In this document: piece by piece, positions 38,013 to 50,812 of the stretch
Layout of the letters: every line of letters begins with the position of its first letter
How positions within the stretch are numbered: position 1 is the stretch's first letter
Origin: Schmidtea polychroa
Taxonomy: Eukaryota
Reading direction: 5' to 3'
Assembly: GCA_044892525.1 (NCBI GenBank)
Contig: CM097888.1
Location: forward strand, 58,714,001-58,778,000
DNA: 64,000 nt
Translations under genes and position numbers: made by a program
The notes under the pieces: model-generated
Told to the model about the DNA's origin: nothing
The model's input: the letters and a program-made list of their open reading frames with translations, nothing else
The model's database searches: none

Positions 38013-40638
38013 AATTTTGTTTTAATCAAATTCATCATGCTAAAACCTCTTTCACAATCAGCACTCGACGCTTGAAAGTTTCCACAAATATTTTATATTT
38101 TGAAAACCGTCTTCACGAAGAACCAATTGAAGTAGATCATTGAAATTACGACCGTTATTTTTGAATTTTTCCGTAAATAAATATTTTAAATCTTTATACT
38201 CATCCATTATTATTTTATTATCCATATTTGGGATGAGATCTCCATATTTCAATATTATTTTTTTAAAATTTTCATTCCCATAATTAAAATCTGATGTATT
38301 GACAATGCCGTTTTGATCAAAAGCATTCCAAAGATCCATGTCACTATCAGGAAATCTTTTATCCAAATGGTGGCATAACTTCTCAATAAATAGAATTATC
38401 CCAGAAAATTTATGCATATCATTATTACCTTCATCTTCGAGAATTTTTTTCACATCCTCACTCCAATAAACTATATCACCAAGGTACTGACTTTTTAATT
38501 TTGTGATGATCGATTTACAATATTGATGCGCTTCCATATGTGATAAAACACTTTTTTGTAAATATTTTGATAACTTTGTCCCTTCTTTAAAAACATCATT
38601 TAATGCGACCAAGGTTACACGATTAACATTATTTTTTAAAGCTGCAAAGCAATATTTCGCGATTGGATCAACTGAGTTTGAATTATCAAACTTTTCTTTG
38701 AAATATTCTACCAAGACGTCATAATTCCGAATGAACGGAATAATCGCAAAATGGCGAGAAAGCCAGCGTATTTCATTAAGAGGTCGGAACATCAAAACTT
38801 CACAATCCATTAGATTTGCCATTTCTTCAAAGTGATGTTTTTAACAGATGAACGATGGAACATGGTATAAACCAGGGGTGCCCATAAGGTCGATCGCGAT
38901 CTACCGGTAGATCGCGAAGGATTTTTTAGTAGATCTTCATAAAAAATATTTTTTATATAAATTTAGATTTTATATAAAATTTCTGTTTTATGCTTAAATT
39001 TTTTGCCAATTTTCATGTTCTGTGTTCCATTTCTATGGTAATACTAAATAACATTTTTTAATTTTGATTTCGCCATTTCCAAAATGTTATTTAGTTTAAT
39101 TTAGTTTAATTTAATTTTGTTTATTTAGTTTAAATATTATGTAAGTATTAAAAAAGTAGATCGCATACACATTTTGGATGTGAATGTAGCTCTCCTAGAA
39201 AAATTAGTGGGCACCCCTGGTATAAACAGTTCAAAATAACGTTTCTACTTGGGAAATAAGAGGTATACCCTTCCAAGAATCATCGATTCCCAAATCTTCT
39301 CTATGAGCAACACAATGCTGAACTGTCAAGTGGTAAATTTCTCGCGTTAATAGTGCTGCAACTCCATTATAGGCTCCCAACATTACTGCAGCTCCATCGG
39401 ATGTTAACATTACCATCTTTTGCATATCCAGATAAAGTTTTTTATAAAAACATTTTATAGACTCCACAATTGATTTTGCGTCACATGCATTTAACTGTAT
39501 TATGCCAGCAAAAACAGTTTTGTAATTAAATTCAAACCGGTATTTTATATAAATTATTAACATTTCGTTAACTGAAACATCAGTGCTTTCAAATTGTGCC
39601 ATTCAAATTTCATTAAAAGTTTCTTGTTGGATAACGTGATTGATACATTCAACGAATTCAAAAGCATAATTTTTGCTGCGCCAATTTTCTGGAATCTCTA
39701 CATATTTTGCAAAATGATTGTTTATATCTTGAACAGAGTTCATTGAAGCATTCATTTTTATCGCCAGAATAACATTATCTATTAATATTTTAATTTTATC
39801 AACACTAGTTTTTACTCTTGAAACAGCTTCGGTACGATTTTTGCGATCTTGCTGCGTTTCTGTAAATAGTTGCAGAACTCCACCTGATAATCGTGCACGT
39901 AGTATATTGACAGCTTCTATGTGGGATTTGTGATTAATATGTCGCTTTAAATAATCAAGTTTCCAGTCGTTCCACTTTTTTCCCATTGAAAATTCTCCAT
40001 CGACTTTAGCCTCAGCACAAAATTTACATTTAACGGCAGAAGTTTCAAGGAGTACAAAAATCTCACCCAATTTTATATTTTGCTTGCTACAAGAACTTGG
40101 TATTGTTGTTTCAACATAGATAGAAAGCCATTCCGGTTTTAACCCGCCTCACTTTATTCCCCAATTCGCCACTAGCTAAATTTTTCCTTTTCGACATTAC
40201 TTTTGGGAATATCTGAGCTATATTGAGATTTATAGATTATTACAAAACATTAGTATACTACATATATATTAAAAATTATAAAACATACCGTTGTCTAAAA
40301 ACACAATAACTATTGGAAATTGTAACAAATTGATATACACTATTCACTGAAACAAATAACAACCGCTGTGGGCAGATTATATGTAACGAATGAAATGAGA
40401 ATAATTATCTTTAATATTTAAATCTCTAACGAGTTCATAGCCTACTAAGTAACTAATTATTTTTAAATAAGTATTTGAATTTTTAAAGTGGTAACTTTAA
40501 AAACTATAACTTTAGTTCCTAAAAAGAAAATAATTTTTTTTCAAGAAGAAATTTGTTTTTTTAAGAAGAAATTTGTTATGCGCCACTTAAAAAATTCCTG
40601 TGCGCAATTGCGCACGTGCGCACTTAGAGGGAACGTTG
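38013..40638 (-). mobile_element. hAT transposon (ZNF862/C17orf113-like transposase), degenerate, 3'-truncated
   Basis: ORFs 39603-40070, 39231-39602 (LTSDGAAVMLG, QHCVAHRE) and 38058-38822 (IRWLSR, SSVEC-ERGFS). 5' terminus CAACGTTCCCTCTAAGTGCGCAC at 40638. Confidence 0.85.
38873..39219. mobile_element. hAT MITE inserted in the ZNF862-like transposase
   Basis: TIR CAGGGGTGCCCA; perfect 8-bp TSD gtataaac. Confidence 0.92.
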
Positions 40639-41025
40639 ATTACGATTATTTAATAAAATTTTGGATTCTTGGTTCATTTTCTCTGATTTTGCACATATTC
40701 TTTTGGGTTCTTTTGATTTTCTAATTTTCTGATTGGATAATAATTGTTTTTATTAAATTTATTTAAATTATCATTACAATTATTTAATAAAACTTTGGAT
40801 TCTTGGCTCATTTTCTCTGATTTCGCACAGATTCTTTTGGGTTCTTTTGATTTTCTGATTGGATAATAATTGTTTTTATTAAATTTATTTAAATTTTATA
40901 AATTATCATTACGATTTTCAATAAAATTATGGATTCTTCGTTCATTTTCTCTGATTTTGCACAGATTCTTTTGATTTTCTAATTTTCTGATTGGATAATA
41001 ATATTTTTTGTTAAATTTATTAATC
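40639..41025. repeat. Tandem repeat, about 134-bp unit, about 3 copies
   Basis: ggattctt(g/c)g(t/c)tcattttctctgattt..gcaca.attctttt...ttttctgattggataata recurs three times. Confidence 0.85.
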
Positions 41026-42559
41026 AGGTCTTGATTTTGAAAATGTTCAAATTTTTGGCGGTATCATAAAGTTACCCTTAATTCAAATATTCATTCTTAC
41101 CTTTCGGTTATTTTATTACTTGACGGATGACGTAAATTTACTTTCAAATGTGTCATGTCGAGTTGCCTCTCATGTTAAGATCAAAGGCAAACATTAAGCC
41201 GTTACTCAATTCTTCTCCAGACATGTGACATGTATATTTTTGTTTGTCTGATTGCTTTCAGAAAATGAGTCTCAATTTTTGAATATCGTTTGAATTTATA
41301 ATTTGTTTTAGTTTGTCATTTATTTGATATAAATTCATCTGTTATTTTAAACCAATACAAGACTAGCTCCTTCCAGAGTTTATTTTTAAAAAATTTTCTA
41401 AAATCCGATATTTTAAACAAAATCTGTTAATATAAATTAATTCAAAGCAGCAATTCGACAAAAAGCAGTTTATATTAGACATTGACGCTAATTTTGATCG
41501 AATCGCGGTGGTTTTTCGCATTAATTAATGTGGTAATGAAAGATTTATTTCTTACATTTTAAGAGCATGAAATTGGATGCTGCATTACACGTAAAGGAGT
41601 ATGACAGCCCTAACTTCTTCAACTGCCTTAGTCATTCCGGGTCACATTGAGAACTGGCTCCATTTTTAATAAAACCATCAGTGTTGCCTGGTCTTCTGTT
41701 TGCTGACTAGTACTGGTTGCTCTCGTTCGTTGGCCTGAGGGCTCCGTTCTATACCCCTGGTTTCACGCTCTGATCCGGGTGGTCTCCCAGTCACGGACCT
41801 TAACCCAGATATTGCGTCTCTCCGCTTTTCTCTCACCACGTCCTGAATTTAAAAAAATACTTTAACGCGGGTTTAGATTTCTACTCACCCACCCCATTAT
41901 TAACCCTGTTTCACATATTTCGCACTCGCCTTCACACTATGCTTTTACCATCCTACCCAGACATACCTTTACTGTTCTCATCCATTCCTCTATTCTCATA
42001 GGTAGATATTGCAACTTTCGGCCATTAAATAATGTCAATTTTTACTTTTCGATATTATTTTTATCTATTTAACCCAGATCAGCGAAGAGCCTTGATCAAT
42101 GTTTGGAAAACATTCAAACAATGATTTTGAAATATTAAATAATTTCATTGGCATATTTGAACGTATAAAATAAAAATTAATTTCGATTGAAATCCTAATT
42201 GACTAATTATTTTGTGACTTTGAGTGAAATCTAAAAAAAGCGCAGTGCAAGTAAAAAATTGCCAATTTGTCCGTTTATAATTATATTAAATGAATTATGT
42301 ATATATACATATATATGTATACCTAATTATCACTGGATCATGATTCGCTTCAAAAACATTTTACATGAGAAAAAGGTATCATTTTTAACGCGAAATGATA
42401 ACAATTTCTGCCAAAACATAAATTAAATAAGTCTTAAAATTATTAAATATATATATTATTAATAAATTGATTAATGGACTTTTGTCACAATTTCATGACA
42501 AGAAAGTCAATAATCTTTTTTTGTTGATGATAAGTTTTACATATGCCAAGTGACCAAAA

Positions 42560-43457
42560 ATAGTAAGGTGTGTCAATATCAATGGATATTCTGGAGAAGG
42601 TACTAGTCCCCCGACCCTAATATCGAATTTAAAGCGACATCTACAACTTTATTATCGAAATGTTTTCAAAAACTGTTAATGAAAAGGATAAGCAGGCCAG
42701 TGAACGTGAAGTTGAAGGTACACCAAGTTCTTCATGTCAAGCAGCTGTAACCAAATTTTTTTAAGTCTGAATATGTTACTGTGGCTATGACTGCAGAAAA
42801 ATTCAAGAACTACATCATCGAAATGGCGGTTTCAAATTCTTTACTGTTAGCATTTTTCTCTTCGGCTTTTTTCTCTTTAAATGGCGGACTGACTCGCAAA
42901 TTTGGCATTTCTTTACAAAGAAGTAATATTAAAAATTTGGTACTACAAGAGGCAAAACAGCAGAAGGATATGCTCACAGATTTTTTATGTGGCCGGTTTC
43001 TTTTTTTGAAGATGGACGGATGTACCCGTCACAGAGTTAATTATTTTGCAATTAACGTCCATTTCCTTGATGACAAAAAAAGGTTGTTACACGAACTTTG
43101 GCGGTACGGGATACTGAAGCGCATCATACAAGCAGCTATTTGCAAGAACTAGTTATGAATTTTCTTACAGAATTTTGTATTAATAAGGCACAAATATTAT
43201 GCATTGTGACCGATAATGCCACCAATATGCTCAGCACTCTAAAGAAGCTTAATGGATATGTAGCAGCATTTAATTTGGATGAAAATGAAGATTCAGAAAA
43301 AGAAATTAATGGTATTTTTAATTTAGATGGATTTGTGCTTGATGCTTTAGATTTTTCCCAGATACATTTTAGCTCTGTAGTCGGAGTCGTATTCTGAAAA
43401 TTTCAACGGTTGTACTTGGAGTCGGAGTTGGAACTTTTTTTCTACTCCACACCCCTG
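42560..43457 (+). mobile_element. hAT (Ac/hobo-like) transposase relic and right end
   Basis: LKMDGCTRHRVNYFAINVHF, CIVTDNATNM; GGAGTCGG subterminal repeats; terminus actccacacccctg (CAGGGGTG TIR). Confidence 0.75.
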
Positions 43458-43459
43458 GT

Positions 43460-44419
43460 GTTGGCCCTAAACTGTCTCTACTATGAAGGGTCTAGTGAAA
43501 TCACCGAGGCTTCTTTCTCCCTTATCCCTGGACGAATTGGAATTCCGAACGCGCACCCCCTCGTATTTCATTGATTTCGTTTCATCTTAAGGAAAGTATT
43601 CTGCTCTCGTGGAAAATTTTTGGCGGGAAACCGCTATTCCTTGCTCAAAGGATTACATTAATCCTGAAAATTTTGAACAAGGGTCTGGCCTCATTCATAT
43701 ACTTCCTTAATTTAAAATTAAGATTGACCTTTGAAATTTTTGTCTGGAATTTGAGTCCAAATTATTTTAAATACTCATTATCCATCGCCCACTGGACGTT
43801 AGTGTCCTAAGACAAAATAGTGTATTTTGGATGTTGATTTTATGTGTCATCTTGATGCACTGTCAGTCTGTTAAAATTACCATGAAATAAAAGTGTGCGT
43901 CCCACACGGTTCACTGGACTCTAGTGTGACTCTTGTGTGATAAGATCTTTAGAGTCACGACCGAACTAAAAACCTCGACCTAATTCCTTGTCTTCTATAT
44001 AAAATTGATCTTGCCGTTTGACATTCCGTAAGTACTGGTCTTCCCAATTGCCAGCAGAGCAAGTAATGCGCGGGCTTTAAAGTTGTAGGCAATGGGGCGT
44101 CATTTGTGCAAATGTGTCTTCATTTTGCTAACTTGTAACTTGGTGTGCAGGCTGTGGGCTGAAATAAAGAAAATTATAACTCAGGTTATTTGCTGCCGAA
44201 AGTGATTTCGCTTTGAAATAAGATCAAAAAAGACAAAATCCCTTCAACAATATATTAACCTACAATAACCCAACAAACTACTTGCTTAGATACAATAAGT
44301 TACAAACTCTGATAACACAGAGGTATTGGCATAAGTTAAATTTTTTGCCCAAAATCGTCGGTATATATATCCTGATTTTGACGTGCGAGTATGTGTGCAT
44401 GTGTTGATTCAGTATAACA
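43460..44419 (-). mobile_element. Possible LTR element 5' part (LTR plus decayed coding)
   Basis: Minus strand starts TGTTATAC at 44419 with a TATA-like tatatata; GC-richer decayed coding-like sequence follows; no diagnostic motif recognised. Confidence 0.25.
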
Positions 44420-44734
44420 AATTTTATTTATTTTAATTCTACTTAATTTTGAATTTTTATTTTTATTAACTGGTGGCAATTTTTTATAAATTATGATAAA
44501 TTTTATTTTCGATATTTTATATTTTATCTATTTTTAATTTATTTCAACGCCAACGTAGATATATTTCATTATTTTAATAATAAAATCGATTATTTGTTTC
44601 ATTTTAGTCAAAACATCATTGAAAATGTATAGTGAAATGATTCTAAATAATTGCATGTTAGGCAAAGAAATTCTCCGAAATCGAATGGCGAGGGCGGTTA
44701 CAAATCCCAACTTGGTACCACCTATGTTAATAAA

Positions 44735-46389
44735 ATAAGCGGTGTGTTTGCGAGAATTTTAGGATAAGCGTTATAAATGCAAAGAAGTCATAATGAAAAT
44801 TGCTAAATATGAAAAATGTACGAACGAACTACCGGTAAGCTTTGGCCTGAAAATACGATTTATCGAATCAATAACGCAAATATAAGTCGATGAATAAGCT
44901 AAACTAAAGATTTATTACGAAACGTGGGATTTGTATTAAATGAGTCTGAGCAGCAGACAGTTATTTTCACCCATAAAATACTATTTGGTCAGCCTATTTG
45001 TAGAAAATGAATGGGAAACGAAAAATCGGATGTGAAAAATTATGGTTCAAACAATCAATAAGCGGTGTGTTTGCGACAATTTTAGGATAAGCGTTATAAA
45101 TGCAAAGAAGTCATAATGAAAATTGCTAAATATGAAAAATGTACGAACGAACTACCGGTAAGCTTTGGCGGGAAAATACGATTTATCGAATCAATAACGC
45201 AAATATAAGTCGATGAACAAGCTAAACTAAAGATTTTACAATGTAATATATTATTAGCTCCGTTATATCGGTTAGTGTCAGATTCTTGGATAGCCTTACC
45301 AAACTATCGTTGATTCAAAAATTCTTTAAAAATTGAAATTAACAAGTTTTGAGTATCTAATAAACTTAAATATTAAATAAGATGGCACAAGTGAGTTTCA
45401 TAGACCTATAGTAAAATTATTAACAATATCCGAATCGACATTTTCTATCAACTCATTAACTTTGGATAAAATATTGTGTCGAGGTTCCCAGAATCTCAAC
45501 TTGGTATCTTATATAAATAAACACGTCAACACTGGTTAGTAAGTTTTATTCTGATTTTACAATTACAAAGTAATTGCCTGATAAAAATATCACAACCTCC
45601 TTTAGTTTTATTTGTTGTAATGTGTATATATGTATTGAATGCCTTGTATTGTTATTTGTCAAATGCTTTTTCCTGAGCTCGATATGCTGTATGCTTTAAT
45701 TTATTCTTTCAAAAGTTGATATCAACTATGAAATTCTTCTTGAGCATTTAATTTTTTGACCGATTTGACTAAACATTCCCTATTCTTATACTCTCATCTT
45801 AAACTTTTGTTGCTTTGATTTTAAGGGATTAAGAAACGATTTCCTATTTGTCAAGTGCAATTGCTATTTTCGGGTCATCGTGGTTTCCAGCATTCTGAGG
45901 TTAGAAATGTAAAGGTCTATTATCTAGACATCATAATAGTTTTATCATATAATTTGTCATAATATTATCATATAATTTGTATTTTATTTATTACCATAAT
46001 TTTCTAATCATTATTGTAATTATTACAACCATTATTACTTTAGCACTTTAAGTGCTTTTTTATATTTACATAAAATCGTTTGCATTTTAGGTGCTTTTTT
46101 TAAATGATTTTTTATGACGCTCTTTTATGTTTATTGACAAAAATTATTATTATTAAAGTTAATGGTTGAGAGATAATTTAAAACTTTAATCGATCCAATT
46201 GCAATTATTTTAAATAACAAACGGTACAGAAATTGGATAGAAATATTACGAAACGTGGGATTTGTATTAAATGAGTCTGAGCAGCAGACAGTTATTTTCA
46301 CCCATAAAATACTATTTGGTCAGCCTATTTGTAGAAAATGAATGGGAAACGAAAAATCGGATGTGAAAAATTATGGTTCAAACAATCAA
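44735..46389. repeat. Segmental near-identical duplications A-B-A ... B
   Basis: A about 44735-44913 repeated at about 45057-45236; B about 44914-45058 repeated at about 46244-46389. Confidence 0.85.
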
Positions 46390-46422
46390 AAGAGAATTAA
46401 TCTGTTTATTTTATATATTTAA

Positions 46423-46643
46423 CCGCTTAAGAGCTACGCACGAGTATACTCGGGTGATTATTATATGCAAAAATTCCCACGCCAAAGAATAACTCTGGCA
46501 AGCATTACCCAACAAACATCGTATAAGCATTTTATAGGAAATAATACGAAAATTCAAATGACGAATTACGTGATTTAATTTTGGTTGACATTATCAATAC
46601 TATATTTTTTCCATTTTTCTATTTTTTAATGATTACTGAAGGG
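46423..46643. mobile_element. piggyBac-like terminus / possible MITE
   Basis: TTAA|CCGCTTAAGAGCTACGCACGAGTATACTCGGG; weak opposite end gaaggg|TTAA. Confidence 0.4.
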
Positions 46644-46899
46644 TTAATAAATTACAAATTTATGATTTTGAATTTATTAGCGTAAAGTTAAATTTATACA
46701 TTTTATTAAATTTGAAGCTTAAGGAAAAAATTTATTTTACAAAATATTTCTTTACATGGGTTTAATTTTATTTGTTGAAACTTTACATTGCTAATAATAA
46801 TAATAATAATGAAAATATAAATGTACTATTTTGTTAAGAATAATGAGGCGAATAACTTTAGAGAACCACTAGTAATCGGAGGGAAAGTTCATAGATGAA

Positions 46900-47484
46900 A
46901 ATTATATTGATAAATATGAGAATTTGTAAATTGTATAAGTAGTGTGTCTATCGCGTTCATTGTGCATTGTTGAAGTCTAGCAAAGTGATTTGAAACATCT
47001 AAGCATGTAATTGGTACGTATCCCTAGTAACGAGACGGAAATTATTTCAACGCAGTGTCTGATCTTGTCAGGATGCAGTAGCGAATTTATCATTTCTCCA
47101 ATGAAAGATTGTGAACACGAATATCTCCCTTTCGTGTGATTCGTTGAGCCATGTCCCGTATGTACTTGAAATTTCCCTCAGGCATGACAGTACAGTTATT
47201 TAACTCTGACCAGAACCATTGTTGAATATATCTGATACTGTTGAATATATTATCTGATATTATTAGATATTTTCAGGATGCTACAGACAATTTGATAAGC
47301 TTGGTCCGATAAAATCGACCACCAAAGAGGCGCCAGGACACTGTAAAAGAATCCAGCAGAACGACACAAAATCTGCTCATACAAACACAAGCTCGCGATG
47401 CCTCCAAATAAGCAATTTTGAAAAGAATTCCTTCAAGCTGATAATAAACATTTAAAAGAAATAATAACAATATTAATAACAATT

Positions 47485-47530
<46 letters not shown>
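46900..47530 (+). mobile_element. RTE-type non-LTR retrotransposon 3' fragment with (AAT)n tail
   Basis: RPPKRRQDTVKE...QARDASK resembles RTE GRPxxRWxDxVKE...AxDRxxW; followed by (AAT)n at about 47487-47530. Confidence 0.55.
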
Positions 47531-47531
<1 letters not shown>

Positions 47532-47847
47532 TTATTAAAGAGAGTTTGAAAACTATAAATCAGTAATATATTGATGTTTGTTGATACTCACGAATTTTCG
47601 GCACTGCTTTTTTCAAGTGAATTTGATCATTATTACATTTAATAACTATTGTTAGAAAAAATTAATTATTTCGTATTTTATAATAAATTTATTGGTTTAA
47701 TTATATTTTATTTTAAATACCCAAATAATATTTCCTATTTTTTAAATTTTAAATTCTATAATTTAATTTAATTTTTTAATATTTTATTTTATAAAAAAAA
47801 ATTTTTTATATTTTAAATATTTTTTTAATTTTAAATCTAATTAAATA

Positions 47848-48072
47848 TTAGTTGAATGTTGATAGACGGTTTAAGTTTTTTGATATAAAGAGTCTCCGCG
47901 GCTAATCTTTGCAATGAATTTTTGAACGCATCTTGTAACATTTTGCATTTTGTTTCGTGTAAGAGTGGTGCTGATTTATGCACTTTTTCCCAGTGTTCGT
48001 GATAATTGCTTTTTTTGCTCTTGATGTGTTCGTTGAGTCTTGTTTGGAACGTTCTATGTGTTTCGATTATGT
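47848..48072 (-). mobile_element. Penelope-like element GIY-YIG endonuclease C-terminal fragment
   Basis: YIIETHRTFQTRLNEHIKS...HWEKVH...LQRLAAETLYIKKLKPSINIQL*. Confidence 0.8.
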
Positions 48073-50812
48073 ACCTGAAGCTGGCTAAAGTTTAGTGAAT
48101 TGCTAATATCAAAATTAAAAGAGAGACTTGTTAAAGAAAGATGTTAGAATATCAATTTTTATCGTAATCGATCACAGAACGTAATTTTATTTTTTCTAAG
48201 AAAAATGAACTCTGTTATTGCTGTAACATTGACGGGTTATTTCAATTTTTTGAACAGGAACATAATTATGCCTCAAATATAATGTCAAAGCTGTATTGTT
48301 AAATATTGACAATTAGTTACCACCCGTACCTGTAGGGAATACAATCGCAAGTATCGAGTACCCGGGTATTTCTAGTAATAAGTAAATTTTCGAGTAACTC
48401 GATACCCGGGTACCTTAAAAAATACCCGATAAACATTATTCACACATTTTATAATTAAAGTTAAAAAAATAAAAAAAATTATCAGCGCAATCTGGATTTA
48501 AATAGGAAAAAACTGTCTTTTGAGTTAAAATTCACAATTGCATATAAGCTGCAATAATTTTTTCTGTGATGTAGTTTGTAGTTTCTACATTTAACAGCTA
48601 ATTGACACCAAAGAAAGTGACATTTGACATAATTTATTATTACACAAAGATTTTTCATCGTACTAATATTGCTTTTTCATCGAGATTTTTAATTTTTATT
48701 GATTTTCCAGATTTTAATCGTTATTTTCTTAATAAATTGTTAATTCTACTAACTATTACTTATACTATATCTATATCTATATCTACAATACATTTTCTAT
48801 TTCTACACGTTAGTTTTTTTTTTAATATTATGATGAACTATAAATTATTTGTTCTTTATACATATACCCATTTTATACATAGAATGCCAAAGAGATCACA
48901 GACTTGGGATTATTTCACAAAAATGTCTGACCAAACTACAGCTAAATGTAATAAATGTGGAAGTTTAATACAAACAAAGGGAGGAAATACCAAAGCAATG
49001 ATTAATCATTTACGCAGTAGGCATGAAATATCAATTAATAAATGCCTAGAACCAGATGCCCCAATTTCGATCGAATCTGGTGATTTCGTGTCAGCTTTTT
49101 GTGCTAAACGCCCAAAACATGATGATGTAAATATTTTAAAATTTATAAAACGAGCATCTAGAAATGAATTATTGGCAAAATGTGCCGCGAAAGATGGATT
49201 TTCTTTTAGAGCGATAACACATTCTGAAGCTATCCGAAGTTTCATCTTATCCAAAAATTATGATATGCCAAAATCTGAAGTCACTATTAAAAATTGTATC
49301 ATGAAGTTCTGCGAGGAAAAACAAGTAGAATTAAAACAAAAATTAATAAAAAAAGGAAGTAATGTTAAACTTAGCATTACTGTCGACGAATGGACAAATA
49401 ATGCTTGCATCCGTTTCATTAATGTTACGCTGCATTCTCCAACAGAGAAACATAACCTTGGATTGACCAAATTGATGGGTCATGCAACGCAACAGAAACA
49501 ATTCGTTTGGTAGAATTAACATTAAATAAATATGGTTTGAATTTAAAAACTGATATTGTTGCATCAACACATGACGGTGCGTCTGTGATGGTGAAATATG
49601 GTGATGAAATAGACGCAATTAGCTAGCTATGTTACAACCACGCTATTCATTTGGCAGTGGTAAGTATATTTTATTCAGTAAAATCTTCTCAGTCAAATAA
49701 CCAAATAGAAGAATTTTCTGAATATGACGATGAAGAAGACAACGAATCTTTGAATGGCACCGATTATTTGTCTAGTGTTGCAAATATGAATTTTGTTGTG
49801 GATTATCAAGAAGAAATATTTGAATTATCAGTAGATATAAGCAATATAGTCAATGAAACAAGAAGAATTTGTAAATTTTTTAAAAAGTCATCAGTAAGAA
49901 ACAGTATTTTGCAAAAACATGTTGTTGAACAGCATGGAAAAAAATTGAAACTATTGTTAGACTGTCGAACACGCTGGAACTCCCTAATAGTTATGATAAA
50001 TCGCTTCATATTATTATCGGGTTCTATATATAAGAAATTGGATGAACTAGGTGCAATGGTTCCATCTGATGACCATATTTCGTTTCTTAAGGAAATAGCT
50101 CAAATATTAGAACCTTTGGGAGAGGCAGTGAGAGAATTAAGTAAAAGAGAAGCCAATTTGTTAATTGCTGAAGGAACTTTGATGTTCGTGTTCAACAAGC
50201 TAAAGAAAATTGGTACACCTTTGGCTATCAGAATGTTAGACGAACTTCTAATTAAAATTAAACACCGTAGAAATACTAGCATAGTCTCTTTATTAATGTT
50301 TCTACATAATGGAAAACATCCCCAGTGAAACGAGTTTTTTTCATATTCCACCAAGCACAATATCAAAATAACTGCAAAACAAATATATGAAAAATTATTT
50401 GTTGAACCGGATCCGGATCCTGAATCACCTGAAGTAATCCTACAAGCTCGAAGTGAAATTTGTGAAGTAGGCGAAGACGACCAAGACTCTTTGAGCAAGA
50501 CATTGATGACATTTCTAGCTTCACCAATTTTAGAATCAACGCAACAACTTGAGAAAGAATTGAAGATAATGGAGGGAAATGGTAAGAGAACACCAAATTT
50601 AGAACAACTTTATAAAGCACTTATTACCATAAAACCAACATCCGTTGATTGTGAAAGAACTTTTTCCATTGCCGGAAATTTTTGCACAAAAATTCGTTCC
50701 AAATTAATGCCGGAAACCTTAAGTAATTTAGTATTTTTAAAATACTATTTCAATGAAACTAAATAAAAAATAACATTATCATTGTCTAATAAAATAACAT
50801 TATCATTTAATG

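Noticed and set aside
48602-48883. N-terminal extension of the 303-aa ORF
   Set aside because: AT-rich subterminal sequence; the BED-finger transposase starts at ATG 48884.
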